Assembly: GCA_963795855.1 (NCBI GenBank)
Contig: CAWCIZ010000003.1
Location: 768,001-832,000 of the forward strand
DNA length: 64,000 nucleotides
Origin: Vulcanimicrobiota bacterium
GTDB lineage: Bacteria > Vulcanimicrobiota > Vulcanimicrobiia > Vulcanimicrobiales > Vulcanimicrobiaceae
Reading direction: 5' to 3'
The translations under genes and the position numbers were made by a program. Every line of letters begins with the position of its first letter. The stretch's first letter is position 1. Positions 42,696 through 52,476 of this stretch are shown here, piece by piece. The notes beneath the pieces are model-generated. The model ran no database searches and was not told the origin of the DNA. It saw only the letters and a list, made by a program, of their open reading frames with translations.

Positions 42696-43421
42696 GTGTA
42701 TAGACGGGCGTGGATTGCCGTTTGCCTCTGCGCGCTGCTCGCGCCGGCTTCCGCGCGTGCGGATCAGGCGCAACTCTTTCTCGGCGCGACCGCGTTTACC
42801 GGCGTGCATAAGGATGCGTCGAGCGTCATCAACAATGGCTACGTCGTTGCGCTGCCGCTCTATGCGTTGCGTGCCGAACGCAAGCAGTTCGAAGCGCTCG
42901 TCGAAGACGCACCGCCGATGCATGTGGCTCTGCCCGGCGCGACGTACGGCGTGCATACGGTAAGCGTCGGATACGCGGATGCCGTGGCCCGCTATTGGAT
43001 GCTCGGCGGCCGGCTCGGTGTGGGTTTGGGCGACTCGCTGTACGTTCACGAGAACGACTACGGAAACGGATCGTACGCGGGCGTGCGCGCGGCGGGGACG
43101 CGATACGAACTGCTCGGCGCGCTTCCGCTTTCGCGCGGGCAGCGGGTGGTAGCGCGATTTGCGCTCGCGCCGGACATGCACCAGCGGTTCATGCAGTGGG
43201 CGAACGGCTTGCGGCCGTTCGACGATTTCGGCAGGGCTTCGCTCGTCGACGCGTCGGTGCAATTCGAAATGCCGCGCGGCGGCCGACATACATGGGTCTT
43301 CGGAGCGCGGTATCTCAACTATGCTGGAGGTAATTATCCGCCGTATTGGGATCACGCCGAAGACCGCACCGGCGTCGTCGCCGCGTTCGCGGCGTGGGGC
43401 TTCGCGTTCGGGCGTTTCTAG
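42696..43421 (+). CDS. Putative outer-membrane beta-barrel protein
   Basis: Signal peptide (ARA), amphipathic aromatic-rich strands, C-terminal Phe. Confidence 0.55.
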   Translation: MYRRAWIAVCLCALLAPASARADQAQLFLGATAFTGVHKDASSVINNGYVVALPLYALRAERKQFEALVEDAPPMHVALPGATYGVHTVSVGYADAVARYWMLGGRLGVGLGDSLYVHENDYGNGSYAGVRAAGTRYELLGALPLSRGQRVVARFALAPDMHQRFMQWANGLRPFDDFGRASLVDASVQFEMPRGGRHTWVFGARYLNYAGGNYPPYWDHAEDRTGVVAAFAAWGFAFGRF

Positions 43422-43481
43422 GCGAGCGTCCGGCTATACGGGGTGTGCAACCAACGGAAAGTTGCCGCGGTTTTGGGCAAT

Positions 43482-43922
43482 ATGGATTTGACGAAAACCT
43501 ACCCTCGCAGCGTGCACGAGAAGATGCTCGGCGTCGTGCAGCTGCCGCGGACCATCGACAAAGGCAAAGCGAAAGCGTACGGAAACGTCGGTGAGTACAA
43601 TTACGACTGTCCGATGGACCAGGCACTTTTTGAGTTCCTCGGCGTGGACGGCGATGAACTGCTGGCGGTAATCAAGAACGCGAAGAGCGATGCGGAAATC
43701 GAGGCGTACGGCAAACAGTTCGTCGACCGAAAATCGCCTGACGAGATCGAGCGCTGGAACGATGAATGGCTGACGCACAAACCGGAAGGCTCTTCACTGG
43801 AATACTTCCTGAAACTGCGCAACCAGGTTGCACCGGATCGCACGGACGTGACGAGTTGGGCGGACCTGTTGGATCTGGACGAGAAGCGGACCGTTCCGCG
43901 CCGCGACACGGCGAGCGTGTAA
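43482..43922 (+). CDS. DUF5069-like protein
   Basis: DLTKTYPRS, LPRTIDK, GEYNYDCPMD, LLDLDE. Confidence 0.65.
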   Translation: MDLTKTYPRSVHEKMLGVVQLPRTIDKGKAKAYGNVGEYNYDCPMDQALFEFLGVDGDELLAVIKNAKSDAEIEAYGKQFVDRKSPDEIERWNDEWLTHKPEGSSLEYFLKLRNQVAPDRTDVTSWADLLDLDEKRTVPRRDTASV

Positions 43923-44704
43923 CGATTATTCGCGCCGCCGTTGAGTACGACGGCACGAATTTTTGCGGGCTGCAGTTTCAGCCCGCCGTACGCAGCGTCG
44001 CGGGCGAGTTGGAGCTCGCACTTTCAAAACTGCTGCGCCACCCCGTGAAAGTCACTGCCGCCGGCCGCACCGATTCCGGCGTGCATGCAACCGGACAGGT
44101 CGTCTCGTTTACAACCGAGGCGGCCTTTCCATTCGATCGTCTGGCGATCGCGCTGAATACCTCGCTGCCGCAGGACGTGAGCGTGCGCGACGTCGCAGTC
44201 GCATCCGAGCGTTTCTCCGCGCGCTTTTCTGCAGTCGAGCGCGCGTACGTCTATGCGATTTACAACCGGCGGGAAACCTCGGCGCTGCTCGCGCGGTACG
44301 CCTATCATGCGTGGCAGAACGTTGACGTCGTTCGTTTCGCCGAAGGCGCGCGGCACGTGATCGGCGAGCACGATTTTCGCTCGTTTTGCGGAGCGCTGCC
44401 CGAGAGTGGCCCGACGATCCGTACGGTGAAAAAGTTGGACGTGCGGCGCGACGGAGATCTGATCCGCGTCGAAATTCGCGCCGACGGGTTTCTGCATCGC
44501 ATGGTCCGCACGATTGTCGGCACGCTCATCGAGTGCGCAACGGGGCGCCGCGAGCCTGCGGACGTCGCGCAAATTCTTCTCGCTCGCGAACGCGCTCGCG
44601 CGGGGCTTACCGCGCCGCCGCAAGGCCTCTATCTGGCAGGCGTTCGATACGCCGACGGCTACGATTCGTTCAAGGAGCCGCCGGTCACCGCGTCGTTCGT
44701 GTAA
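43919..44704 (+). CDS. truA: tRNA pseudouridine(38-40) synthase; start codon unclear
   Basis: EYDGTNFCG, AGRTDSGVHA, GFLHRMVR, TAPPQGLYL. Confidence 0.92.
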   Translation, partial: VTIIRAAVEYDGTNFCGLQFQPAVRSVAGELELALSKLLRHPVKVTAAGRTDSGVHATGQVVSFTTEAAFPFDRLAIALNTSLPQDVSVRDVAVASERFSARFSAVERAYVYAIYNRRETSALLARYAYHAWQNVDVVRFAEGARHVIGEHDFRSFCGALPESGPTIRTVKKLDVRRDGDLIRVEIRADGFLHRMVRTIVGTLIECATGRREPADVAQILLARERARAGLTAPPQGLYLAGVRYADGYDSFKEPPVTASFV

Positions 44705-45186
44705 TCGCACCGCACGAAGGTCATCGCGTACGGATTGCGCTCGTCCGGTTTGCACGCGCCGATGATTTCACGCACGCACTTACGCTGCGGCGGCACGTAG
44801 TACACGTCGCCGTCGACCTCCGCGTCGATTTCCGTGACGAACGCGGTGTCGACGTACGGCGCAAATTCGTTGAAGATCGCGGCGCCGCCGATAACGGCGA
44901 TTTCGCGATCGCCCGCAGTAATCTCGAACGTCTCGTTGACCGATCGCGCGATTTCGGCGCCGGCCGGGGAATACTCAGCGTTGCGCGTCAGAACGATGTT
45001 GCGCCGCCGCGGAAGTGCCCTTCCGATGGCTTCGAACGTCTTGCGCCCCATCACCACGGGCTTGTCCAGCGTCAGGCGCTTGAAATGCTTCAAGTCTTCG
45101 GGCAAGTGCCACGGCAGAACGCCGCCGCTGCCCATGACTCGGCGCCGGTCGTGTGCGACGACGAAGATCACGCGCGGACGTCGCAC
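44659..45186 (-). CDS. folA: Dihydrofolate reductase
   Basis: LPWHLPEDLKHFK, VMGRKTF, LPRRRNIVL, IGGA. Confidence 0.93.
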   Translation of the reverse strand: MRRPRVIFVVAHDRRRVMGSGGVLPWHLPEDLKHFKRLTLDKPVVMGRKTFEAIGRALPRRRNIVLTRNAEYSPAGAEIARSVNETFEITAGDREIAVIGGAAIFNEFAPYVDTAFVTEIDAEVDGDVYYVPPQRKCVREIIGACKPDERNPYAMTFVRCDYTNDAVTGGSLNES

Positions 45187-45191
45187 TATGT

Positions 45192-45986
45192 TTAAACGGC
45201 GACTTGCGCGCGAATCGGCGGATGCGCCTCGTAGCCTGCGAAGACGATATCTTCGAAGCGGTAGTCGAACAGCGAGTGCGGGCGCCGCTTGAAGACCAGC
45301 ACCGGCGGGGCAAGAGGATCGCGCGTTAGTTGCAGCTGCGCCTGCTCGAAGTGGTTGCTGTACAGATGGCAGTCGCCGCCGGTCCAGATGAATTCACCCG
45401 GCTCCATGTTGCACTGATGCGCGACCATGTGCGTGAGCAGTGCATACGACGCGATGTTGAACGGCACGCCCAAAAAAACGTCCGCGCTGCGTTGGTAGAG
45501 TTGGCACGAAAGCCGGTTTCCGGCGCTGTAAAACTGAAAAAGAACGTGGCACGGCTGCAGCGCCATCTCCCCCAAGTCGGCGACGTTCCAAGCGCTGACG
45601 ATGAGCCGTCGCGAATCCGGGTTGCGCCGCAGTTCCGCCAAAACGTTCGAAAACTGATCGATCGTGTTTCCGTCGGGCGCGCGCCACGAACGCCACTGCG
45701 CGCCGTATATCGGCCCCAAGTCGCCGTTGTCGTCCGCCCACTCATCCCAAATGGAAACGCCGTGCTCCTTCAGCCAGCGCACGTTGGTGTCGCCGCGCAA
45801 AAACCACAGCAGTTCGTACACGATCGATTTCGTGTGCAGCTTCTTCGTGGTGAGGAGCGGAAAGCCGGCATGAAGATCGAACCGCATTTGATAGCCGAAT
45901 ACGCTGCGCGTCCCGGTGCCGGTGCGATCGGTTTTTTCTACACCGCGTTCGATGATGTGGCGGAGGAACTGCTGATACTGTTGCAC
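45192..45986 (-). CDS. thyA: Thymidylate synthase
   Basis: [31 protein letters not shown]. Confidence 0.95.
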   Translation of the reverse strand: MQQYQQFLRHIIERGVEKTDRTGTGTRSVFGYQMRFDLHAGFPLLTTKKLHTKSIVYELLWFLRGDTNVRWLKEHGVSIWDEWADDNGDLGPIYGAQWRSWRAPDGNTIDQFSNVLAELRRNPDSRRLIVSAWNVADLGEMALQPCHVLFQFYSAGNRLSCQLYQRSADVFLGVPFNIASYALLTHMVAHQCNMEPGEFIWTGGDCHLYSNHFEQAQLQLTRDPLAPPVLVFKRRPHSLFDYRFEDIVFAGYEAHPPIRAQVAV

Positions 45987-46070
45987 GTCGGGATGGCCTA
46001 TTCGCCGCCGGCGCGCGCCGGTCCTCAAAGTGAAGGGCGGTCCCATAACGCAAGCGACACCGATGAGAGA

Positions 46071-46488
46071 CTAATAGCCCAGCCGTTCGAATAACCCGAG
46101 CAGCGCAATGCGATCGGTCCGCGTCACCGTGGATGCGAGCGTCTCGCCGACCACGCGATCGACCTCGTCGAGCGCTTCGTCCAGGCGTTGCCGTCCCGAT
46201 CGCGTGATCGATATGTAAGTCGCGCGCGCATCGCGTTCGTGTGAAGCACGCTCTACGAGACCGATTTTCGCGAGCGGAAGAACGGCCCGCGTTACGCCGG
46301 AGGGCGTTAGCTGCAAGCGGTTGGCCAGGTCGACCGGCCGAAGCCGGCCGCCGACCACGGAAGCCAATTCGTTCAGGATGACGAAGTCGGTGAAGCCGAT
46401 GCCCGGCAGGACGGATTCGACGCGCTTGCGCAGCCAAGCGTCTATGCGAGCCTACGCCCAAGGCGATAGCGACGTTTTCGGTGAGCAT
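46071..46488 (-). CDS. MarR-family transcriptional regulator; frameshift ~46450
   Basis: DLANRLQLTPSGVTR, GLVER, RDAR wing; N-terminus in another frame. Confidence 0.8.
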
Positions 46489-46499
46489 GGCAGACAACA

Positions 46500-46517
46500 T
46501 ACTTGACTAGTCAAGTA
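46500..46517. promoter_or_regulatory. Perfect 18-bp palindrome, probable MarR operator
   Basis: TACTTGACTAGTCAAGTA directly upstream of marR. Confidence 0.7.
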
Positions 46518-46546
46518 CTTGTCAAGAAAATTCGTGCGCAAAGTGC

Positions 46547-46575
46547 TTGACCCGCGCGCGAATTTCCCGTAGACT
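46547..46575 (+). promoter_or_regulatory. Sigma70-type promoter of rplM-rpsI
   Basis: TTGACC-N17-TAGACT, 9 nt before the ATG. Confidence 0.7.
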
Positions 46576-46584
46576 TGCCGGGTT

Positions 46585-47010
46585 ATGCGGACCTACCAAC
46601 AAAAGACCGCCGAAACGAAGCACGACTGGTATATCGTCGATGCGGCCGGGCTGCGTCTCGGCACGCTGGCAGTGCGTATCGCGCGCGCGCTTTCCGGCAA
46701 GCACAAACCGACCTGGACCCCGCACATCGACGACGGCGACCACGTCGTCGTGATCAACGCGGACAAGATCGAACTCGGCGGCAAAAAGTGGGACAACAAG
46801 GTCTACTACCGCCACAGCGGATATCCGGGCGGCCTGAGCATCGAAACCGCTCGTCAGGTCAAAGACAAGCATCCGGAGCGTCTCATCGAACGCGCCGTTC
46901 GCGGCATGCTTCCGACCAACCGCATGCGCAACGTCCAACTGAATCGTCTCAAAGTTTATACCGGAACGGCTCATCCGCATGACGCGCAGCAGCCGATGCC
47001 GCTGGCGTAG
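46585..47010 (+). CDS. rplM: 50S ribosomal protein L13
   Basis: WYIVDA, GKHKP..TPH.D.GD, RGMLP. Confidence 0.97.
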   Translation: MRTYQQKTAETKHDWYIVDAAGLRLGTLAVRIARALSGKHKPTWTPHIDDGDHVVVINADKIELGGKKWDNKVYYRHSGYPGGLSIETARQVKDKHPERLIERAVRGMLPTNRMRNVQLNRLKVYTGTAHPHDAQQPMPLA

Positions 47011-47018
47011 GAGTTTAC

Positions 47019-47408
47019 GTGAACGAAAATTTTCAAGGCACCGGCCGTCGTAAGCGCTCCATCGCGCGAGTTCGCATCTCGCTCGGTCAAGGCGTCATCA
47101 CCATCAACAAAAGACCGATCGATGATTACTTCCCGCGCCAGACGCTGCAGCAAATCGTGCGCCAACCGCTCGACGCGACGCAAAGCGGTTCGCGCTTCGA
47201 CATCGACGTCAAAACGCAAGGCGGCGGGCCCACCGGACAAGCCGGCGCCGTTCGGCACGGCATCGCTCGCGCGCTCGTTTCGATGGACGAATCGCTGCGC
47301 GAAGTGCTGCGCAAGCAGGGTCTGCTGACTCGCGATCCGCGCGAAAAAGAATCGAAGAAGTACGGACGCAAGCGCGCCCGCAAACGCTTCCAGTTCTCCA
47401 AGCGCTAA
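47019..47408 (+). CDS. rpsI: 30S ribosomal protein S9
   Basis: GTGRRK, GGG..GQAGA, KKYG..RARK.FQFSKR. Confidence 0.97.
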   Translation: MNENFQGTGRRKRSIARVRISLGQGVITINKRPIDDYFPRQTLQQIVRQPLDATQSGSRFDIDVKTQGGGPTGQAGAVRHGIARALVSMDESLREVLRKQGLLTRDPREKESKKYGRKRARKRFQFSKR

Positions 47409-48487
47409 TGAAACCGAAAAGAGCCGCCGAACGCGGCTCTTTTTTGTCCTACACGCTTCCGCTCGACGCGGCACTCATCGTTTTGGGCGTCGTTGCGGCG
47501 CTTTGGCGTCCTTCGCCGGAGTGGGTCGAGCGGCGGTTCAGCAACGGCTACTATCCGGCATGGCAGCATTTTTGGTCGGCATTCACGCCGTCGTTGCCGT
47601 TTGCGCTCGGCGATATAGTCGTGCTGGCCGGCGTCGCGATCGTCGTGGCGGCGCTGATTTTTGCGCGGCCGTGGTGGCGCGCGCTCCTCGGCATCGCCGC
47701 GGTTGCCGGACTCTACGCCGTGTGGTTTTACGCCGGCTGGGGTTTCGGGTACGACCGCCCGCCGGTTCAAACCCGCGTCGTCTACTCGCCCGCCCGATTG
47801 AATTCCGCGCACGTGCTGGCTCTTCGGGCGCGTGCAATCGCCGAAATGAATCGTCTTGCACGGGCTGCGCATGCGCAGCAGCGCGCAGACGATCTCGACA
47901 TCGAGCAGTTGCGCGCCGCCTGGATGCCCGTAGTGGAACGCCTGGGCGACGGCTGGACTCCCCGCGTTCATGCCGCCAAATCACCACTTGCCGGCTGGTT
48001 CATGGACAAGAGCGGCACGAGCGGCTTCACCAACCCGTTTACGCTCGAAACGCAGCTCGCTCCGGATCTGCTGTGGTTCGAGCGCCCGTTTTCACAGGCG
48101 CACGAGTGGAGTCACGTGGCCGGGTTCAACCGGGAAGACGAAGCAAACTACATCGCCGTGCTGACGTGCCTGCGCGATCCCGACGTCGTCGCCCAGTATT
48201 CGGGCTGGCTCGAGCTCTTTCTCTACCTGCCGCAGAAAACGCACTATCGCCGCGCCGAGTTTACGGCCCAGGTATGGGCGGATTTCCAGGCCATACGCGA
48301 ACGCAACGCCCATTTCGTCAACCTGGACCTCTCGCGGTTCTCGTGGCGTGTCTATAACCGCTATCTGAAGAGCAACAACGTGGCCTCCGGCGTCCAAAAT
48401 TACGACCAGGTCACCGACCTCATGGCCGGGATCCCGCTCGATCTGCAGGGGCTGCCGGTCGCCGCGGCCAAGGGGACGGCCCGGTAA
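47408..48487 (+). CDS. DUF3810-like membrane-anchored putative zinc metalloprotein; true start probably downstream of the terminator
   Basis: VERRFSNGYYP, GFTNPFTLE, HEWSH (HExxH)..GFNREDEANY. Confidence 0.7.
   Translation: MKPKRAAERGSFLSYTLPLDAALIVLGVVAALWRPSPEWVERRFSNGYYPAWQHFWSAFTPSLPFALGDIVVLAGVAIVVAALIFARPWWRALLGIAAVAGLYAVWFYAGWGFGYDRPPVQTRVVYSPARLNSAHVLALRARAIAEMNRLARAAHAQQRADDLDIEQLRAAWMPVVERLGDGWTPRVHAAKSPLAGWFMDKSGTSGFTNPFTLETQLAPDLLWFERPFSQAHEWSHVAGFNREDEANYIAVLTCLRDPDVVAQYSGWLELFLYLPQKTHYRRAEFTAQVWADFQAIRERNAHFVNLDLSRFSWRVYNRYLKSNNVASGVQNYDQVTDLMAGIPLDLQGLPVAAAKGTAR
47417..47445 (+). terminator. Intrinsic terminator after rpsI
   Basis: GAGCCGC-loop-GCGGCTC + TTTTTT. Confidence 0.75.
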
Positions 48488-48530
48488 ATCCCTTGGGTTT
48501 TGGGGTGGGATTTGATCGGGTATACCACGT

Positions 48531-48923
48531 GTGATGTTCGACAGCCAAAACACTCAGCGTTTAACCGACCTCGACGCGCATGAAAATGCGATGGCGCTCC
48601 CCATTGCTGAAGTGGTCTCGCAGCTCGTCGAGATTTTAGGCGCCACGACGGTCGCGGTCATCGGCGGCGTCACGGAAACGCGCGCCGTCCAGCAGTGGAC
48701 CACCGGGCGAGAACCCCACCACCCGCACGTACTGCGCTTCGCCCTGCAGATAGCCACGATGATCTCTTCCAAAAACGGCAGCTGCGAGGCTGCTCGCGCT
48801 TGGTTCCAGGGAAGCAATCCTCGTCTCGAGGACGGAATCCCCGCCGTGATGCTGCGCAGCGAACCGCTGGAAAACATTCAAGCGCCGCTCATGAGAGCCG
48901 CGCGCGCTTTCGCCTCCCGCTGA
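48531..48923 (+). CDS. Xre/MbcA-like antitoxin-type DNA-binding protein
   Basis: LGATTVAVIGGV.ETRAVQQW HTH-like; ARAWFQGSNPRL..GIP C-terminal motif. Confidence 0.6.
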   Translation: MMFDSQNTQRLTDLDAHENAMALPIAEVVSQLVEILGATTVAVIGGVTETRAVQQWTTGREPHHPHVLRFALQIATMISSKNGSCEAARAWFQGSNPRLEDGIPAVMLRSEPLENIQAPLMRAARAFASR

Positions 48924-49007
48924 CCCGTATCACACCTGCAACGCCATCTCCGGCGCAGCCGCCAATGCCATCTTGAACGCGTCTGCGCTGCTTGAGAGAA
49001 TGGCGGC

Positions 49008-49661
49008 ATGGTATTACGCGCCGGCGCCGTCGTTCACGAACCCACCCTCCGGGGCGATTCCGTGCATGTCCTCGGCGACGTAGATGAATCCAATTCTTCC
49101 GAATTGGAAGAAGTGCTCGCTCGCGTCGTTCCGCTCGGCCGCAACGTCACCATCGATTTGACTCGCTGCCGATACATCGGATCGGCGGCATTGCGGCTTC
49201 TGCTCCGCGCAAGGCGTAACGCGCATGCCGATTTCGGCACGCTGGTGCGTCCCGAGAGCCTGGCCGATCGCGTGTTGCGGGTCGCAAAGCTCGACACGTT
49301 TTTGAGCGTGCAGCAGGTCGAGGTGGAGCAGGCCGACGTTTATCACTCGGACGAACCGATCCGCGTGGTTGCGCTCGAAGGCGAATGGGATCTTTCCCGC
49401 GGCGCCGAGCTGCGCCGCAAATTGGATCGCGCGAGCCGCGATCCGCGCGTCGTGCTGGATCTTTCGGGTATGCAACTGATCGACTCCAATTGCATGGCGA
49501 TGATCGTCCGCATGCGAACGCAGCGCGTGGCAAAGGGATATCCGTCGGCACCGCTGGTCATTCCGCACCGCGGCGTACGAAAACTCTTCACCATTTCCGG
49601 TTTAGCCCAGTTGTGGAGCATCTTCGATACGCTCGATGAGGCATTTGCGGCACTGCAATAA
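49008..49661 (+). CDS. Tandem STAS-domain anti-sigma-factor antagonist
   Basis: Two STAS units: GDVD..IDLTRCRYIGSAAL and GEWD..LDLSGMQLIDSNCM. Confidence 0.8.
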   Translation: MVLRAGAVVHEPTLRGDSVHVLGDVDESNSSELEEVLARVVPLGRNVTIDLTRCRYIGSAALRLLLRARRNAHADFGTLVRPESLADRVLRVAKLDTFLSVQQVEVEQADVYHSDEPIRVVALEGEWDLSRGAELRRKLDRASRDPRVVLDLSGMQLIDSNCMAMIVRMRTQRVAKGYPSAPLVIPHRGVRKLFTISGLAQLWSIFDTLDEAFAALQ

Positions 49662-49714
49662 TTCGATAACACCGTCGTTGCTCTGAGGACATGGCCGCTG
49701 CTTATCGTAGCGGC

Positions 49715-49933
49715 ATGTTCGACGTAGCCGGACCCCTGGCAAATGCGCTCGCTCTTTCGCGCAACGGTTTAGCCGACGCCGCAACCGGCACCGCTCGCGC
49801 GCAGACGCCGTACGGTTCGCCTCGCAGCGATGCCGCGATGGCCGGCGCTGCGGAACAAGCGATCTTTCAGGAAGCGCTGCTCGACGCGCTGCACGCCCGC
49901 CTTGCCGAAATCAAGAATGCCGCACATGGATAG
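49715..49933 (+). CDS. Minimal FlgB-like proximal rod protein (tentative)
   Basis: 72-aa helical ORF at the flgB position before flgC; DAAMA..AEQAIFQEALL C-terminal helix. Confidence 0.45.
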   Translation: MFDVAGPLANALALSRNGLADAATGTARAQTPYGSPRSDAAMAGAAEQAIFQEALLDALHARLAEIKNAAHG

Positions 49934-50261
49934 CCTCGGGTTATTGAAAACCGCGGCTTCCGGCATGGATGCGCAGCGCGCCGTCCTCGATATCGAGGCG
50001 CGCAACGTCGCCGCTGCCCAGGCCGCAGGGCCCAAAGGTTCGCCGGAGCGGCTCGTGCCCGACTTTCGCGTCGTGGAAAACGACGGCGACGCGCCGCAAG
50101 TTCTGGTTTCCGGATCGCACGTGCAGCGCGGATCGAGTGTCGACGTCATTACGGAAATGGTGTCGGTTCTGAACGCCGCGCGGGCCTACGAAGCCAACGC
50201 GTCCGTGTTCGACATCGGCAAACGTTTGGCCGAACGCACCATCGACATGGGCAAACTATGA
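49926..50261 (+). CDS. flgC: Basal-body rod protein FlgC (short)
   Basis: AASGMDAQR...NVA and VDVITEMVSVLNAARAYEAN. Confidence 0.85.
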   Translation: MDSLGLLKTAASGMDAQRAVLDIEARNVAAAQAAGPKGSPERLVPDFRVVENDGDAPQVLVSGSHVQRGSSVDVITEMVSVLNAARAYEANASVFDIGKRLAERTIDMGKL

Positions 50262-50527
50262 AGGTCGAAGTTCTCGTGCCGGACGTCCCCTTTGAAACCG
50301 AACGTCGCGCGCCTGCGGGCAATGCGGTGTTCGGTAAGGTGCTCGACGATGTGGCCGCGGTGCTGGATAAGGCGGACGCCGCGGAAAACGCGTTCGCGGC
50401 GGGATCGGGCGATCTGCAAAATGCGGTGTACGAACGCGCGCGTGCGGACGTCGCGCTTTCGGTCGCGACTGCGGCTGCGGGGCGTACTGCACAGGCGCTT
50501 GAGTCGATTCTGAACATGCAGGTATAA
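50258..50527 (+). CDS. fliE: Hook-basal body protein FliE
   Basis: F.KVLDDV, GSGDLQ, RADVAL, ESILNMQV C-terminus. Confidence 0.8.
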   Translation: MKVEVLVPDVPFETERRAPAGNAVFGKVLDDVAAVLDKADAAENAFAAGSGDLQNAVYERARADVALSVATAAAGRTAQALESILNMQV

Positions 50528-50530
50528 AGC

Positions 50531-51995
50531 GTGGACGTTCTCGCCGTTCTCGCGCGTTGGAACTCACTGCCCGCGCGGACTCGCGCTATTGCTTCGTTTG
50601 CGTTCGCCGCGGCTGCCGCAGTTTCGATCCTTGCGGGCATCGTAACGCATCCGCAGCGTTCGGCGCTGTTCGCGAGCGCGTTGCACCCCGAGCAGGCTCT
50701 CCGAAGTTGAAGAACGGCTCGCGAGCTGGAACGTCGCATTCACGCCGGTCGCGGACAACGTGCTCGTCCAAACGGGACGGCGGAACGATCTGCTTCTGCG
50801 CCTTTCGATGGCGGGCGTGCCCCACGCGCACATCGACGCCTCTGCGGACGTTCTGGGAAAACTCGGCGCGCTTACGCCGCAAGCGGTCATCGACGCGCAA
50901 GCGCGCGACGGTCTCGCCGGAGACATCGAATTGGGGCTGCGCGGAATTCAAGGAGTGGAAGACGCGCGCGTGATCGTGGCGCCGGCGAAACCGGCATACT
51001 TCGCAGACGACGGTTCACGCGATGCTAGTGCCAGCGTACGGCTGCAGCTCGCGCCGAACTCGCGGCTCTCGGCGGACGCGGTGAACGGCATTCGCTCCTT
51101 CGTCGCCGCAAGCGTGCCCGGGCTGGACGAGCGCCGCGTCACGATCGTGGACGATCGCGGCGTCGCGCTGGGGGACGGTTCCACCCAGGATGACGCGGGC
51201 GATATGCAGCGTTCTCTTCAAACCGCGCTCGACGCGGCGCTCGGCGCGGGAACGTCAATCGTTCGCGTGCACGTCGAATACGACCGTCGCGCGATTACGA
51301 GCAAAGACGTACGGCGCGCTCCGCTTTCGCCGCTGCCGATTAGCGCGACCATGCAGGACGAACGCTACGACGCTGAGGGCAAACGCTACGACCGGTCGGA
51401 CCAGCAACTCGATCGCGGAAGCGAAACGCGCGAGGTGGCATCGTCCGCCGCGCCGGGACGCATTGCGCGCATTTCCGCAGCGGTCTTCGTGGACGCCGCG
51501 CACGGCATCGATCTGGAACAAGTGCGCGAACTCGCAACTGCGGCGCTTGGGCTGGATCCGCACCGCGGCGATACGATCGAGGTTGCCGCGATCGCCTTTG
51601 CACGGGTACCTGCGGTGCGCAAGGACGGCTGGTGGCTGGCATACGGCGCAATCGTACCGCTCCTTCCAACGCTTGCCATCGCCATTGCGGCACTGGTTGC
51701 ACTGAGTTGGGCTCACGGGCCGCTCACATCGCTGATACGAACGATCGCAGAGCGCGCAAGCATTACGCGCGCGGCGCAAGCCGCACAAGGAATTCCGGCG
51801 GCGCGCGTTCGGGGAGCGCTTGCGAACGAACCGCCGCACGCCGCCGCGGCAATCATCAGTGCGCTGCCGGCTGCTACAGCCGCCGCGGTTCTCGATATGT
51901 ATCCGGAACACGAGCGGGCGGCGATTATCCGACGCATGCAGCGGCCTGCATCGCCGCTGCTGTCCGACGCGGAGAGCTTCATTGCCAATGCCTGA
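50531..51995 (+). CDS. fliF: MS-ring FliF-like protein fused to a FliG middle-domain-like C-terminus; frameshift ~50696
   Basis: N-terminal TM, LAGDIELGL..IQGVEDARV, ASASVRL, FVAASVPGL..VTIVD, second TM, then EPPHAAAAIISALP. Confidence 0.8.
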
Positions 51996-52476
51996 AAACT
52001 TTCGCACCTTAGCCGAATTGCTGGGGCCCGCTCCATCGGAACGCGTTGCCGATTCACCGTGCGATGAGGATGACGCAATCGCCGATTGCGGCACCGAAGA
52101 TACGGCCGTCTGGGGTGAGGAAATGGCCGAGCTGGCGCGAGAGGTGCGGCTGTTTCGCGCGCACGTCGCGGAAGCAGTCGACGCGGCGTTGGAAACGCTG
52201 CTCGCCGATATCGCCGCCGAGGTTCTGGCACGCGAATTGCTGTTGGCACCGGTAGACGTTCAGCAAATCGTCGAGCGCGCGGTTCGGCGTTTCGACGGTG
52301 AACGAACGCTTCGCATACGCGTGCATCCCGATGAGGTGCAACGGGTTGAATCCGAGGTACCGGTCATTGCGGATTCGACTCTGCGCCGTGGTGACGCTGC
52401 GATCGAGTTATGCAACGGCAGCGTCGACGTCTCGCTCGGCGTGCGGCTCGAAGCGGTGCTGCGCGCAAACTCGTGA
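51988..52476 (+). CDS. fliH: FliH/SctL-like stator of export ATPase (short)
   Basis: IAAEVLAREL, IRVHPDE, DSTLRRGD...GSVD. Confidence 0.75.
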   Translation: MPENFRTLAELLGPAPSERVADSPCDEDDAIADCGTEDTAVWGEEMAELAREVRLFRAHVAEAVDAALETLLADIAAEVLARELLLAPVDVQQIVERAVRRFDGERTLRIRVHPDEVQRVESEVPVIADSTLRRGDAAIELCNGSVDVSLGVRLEAVLRANS

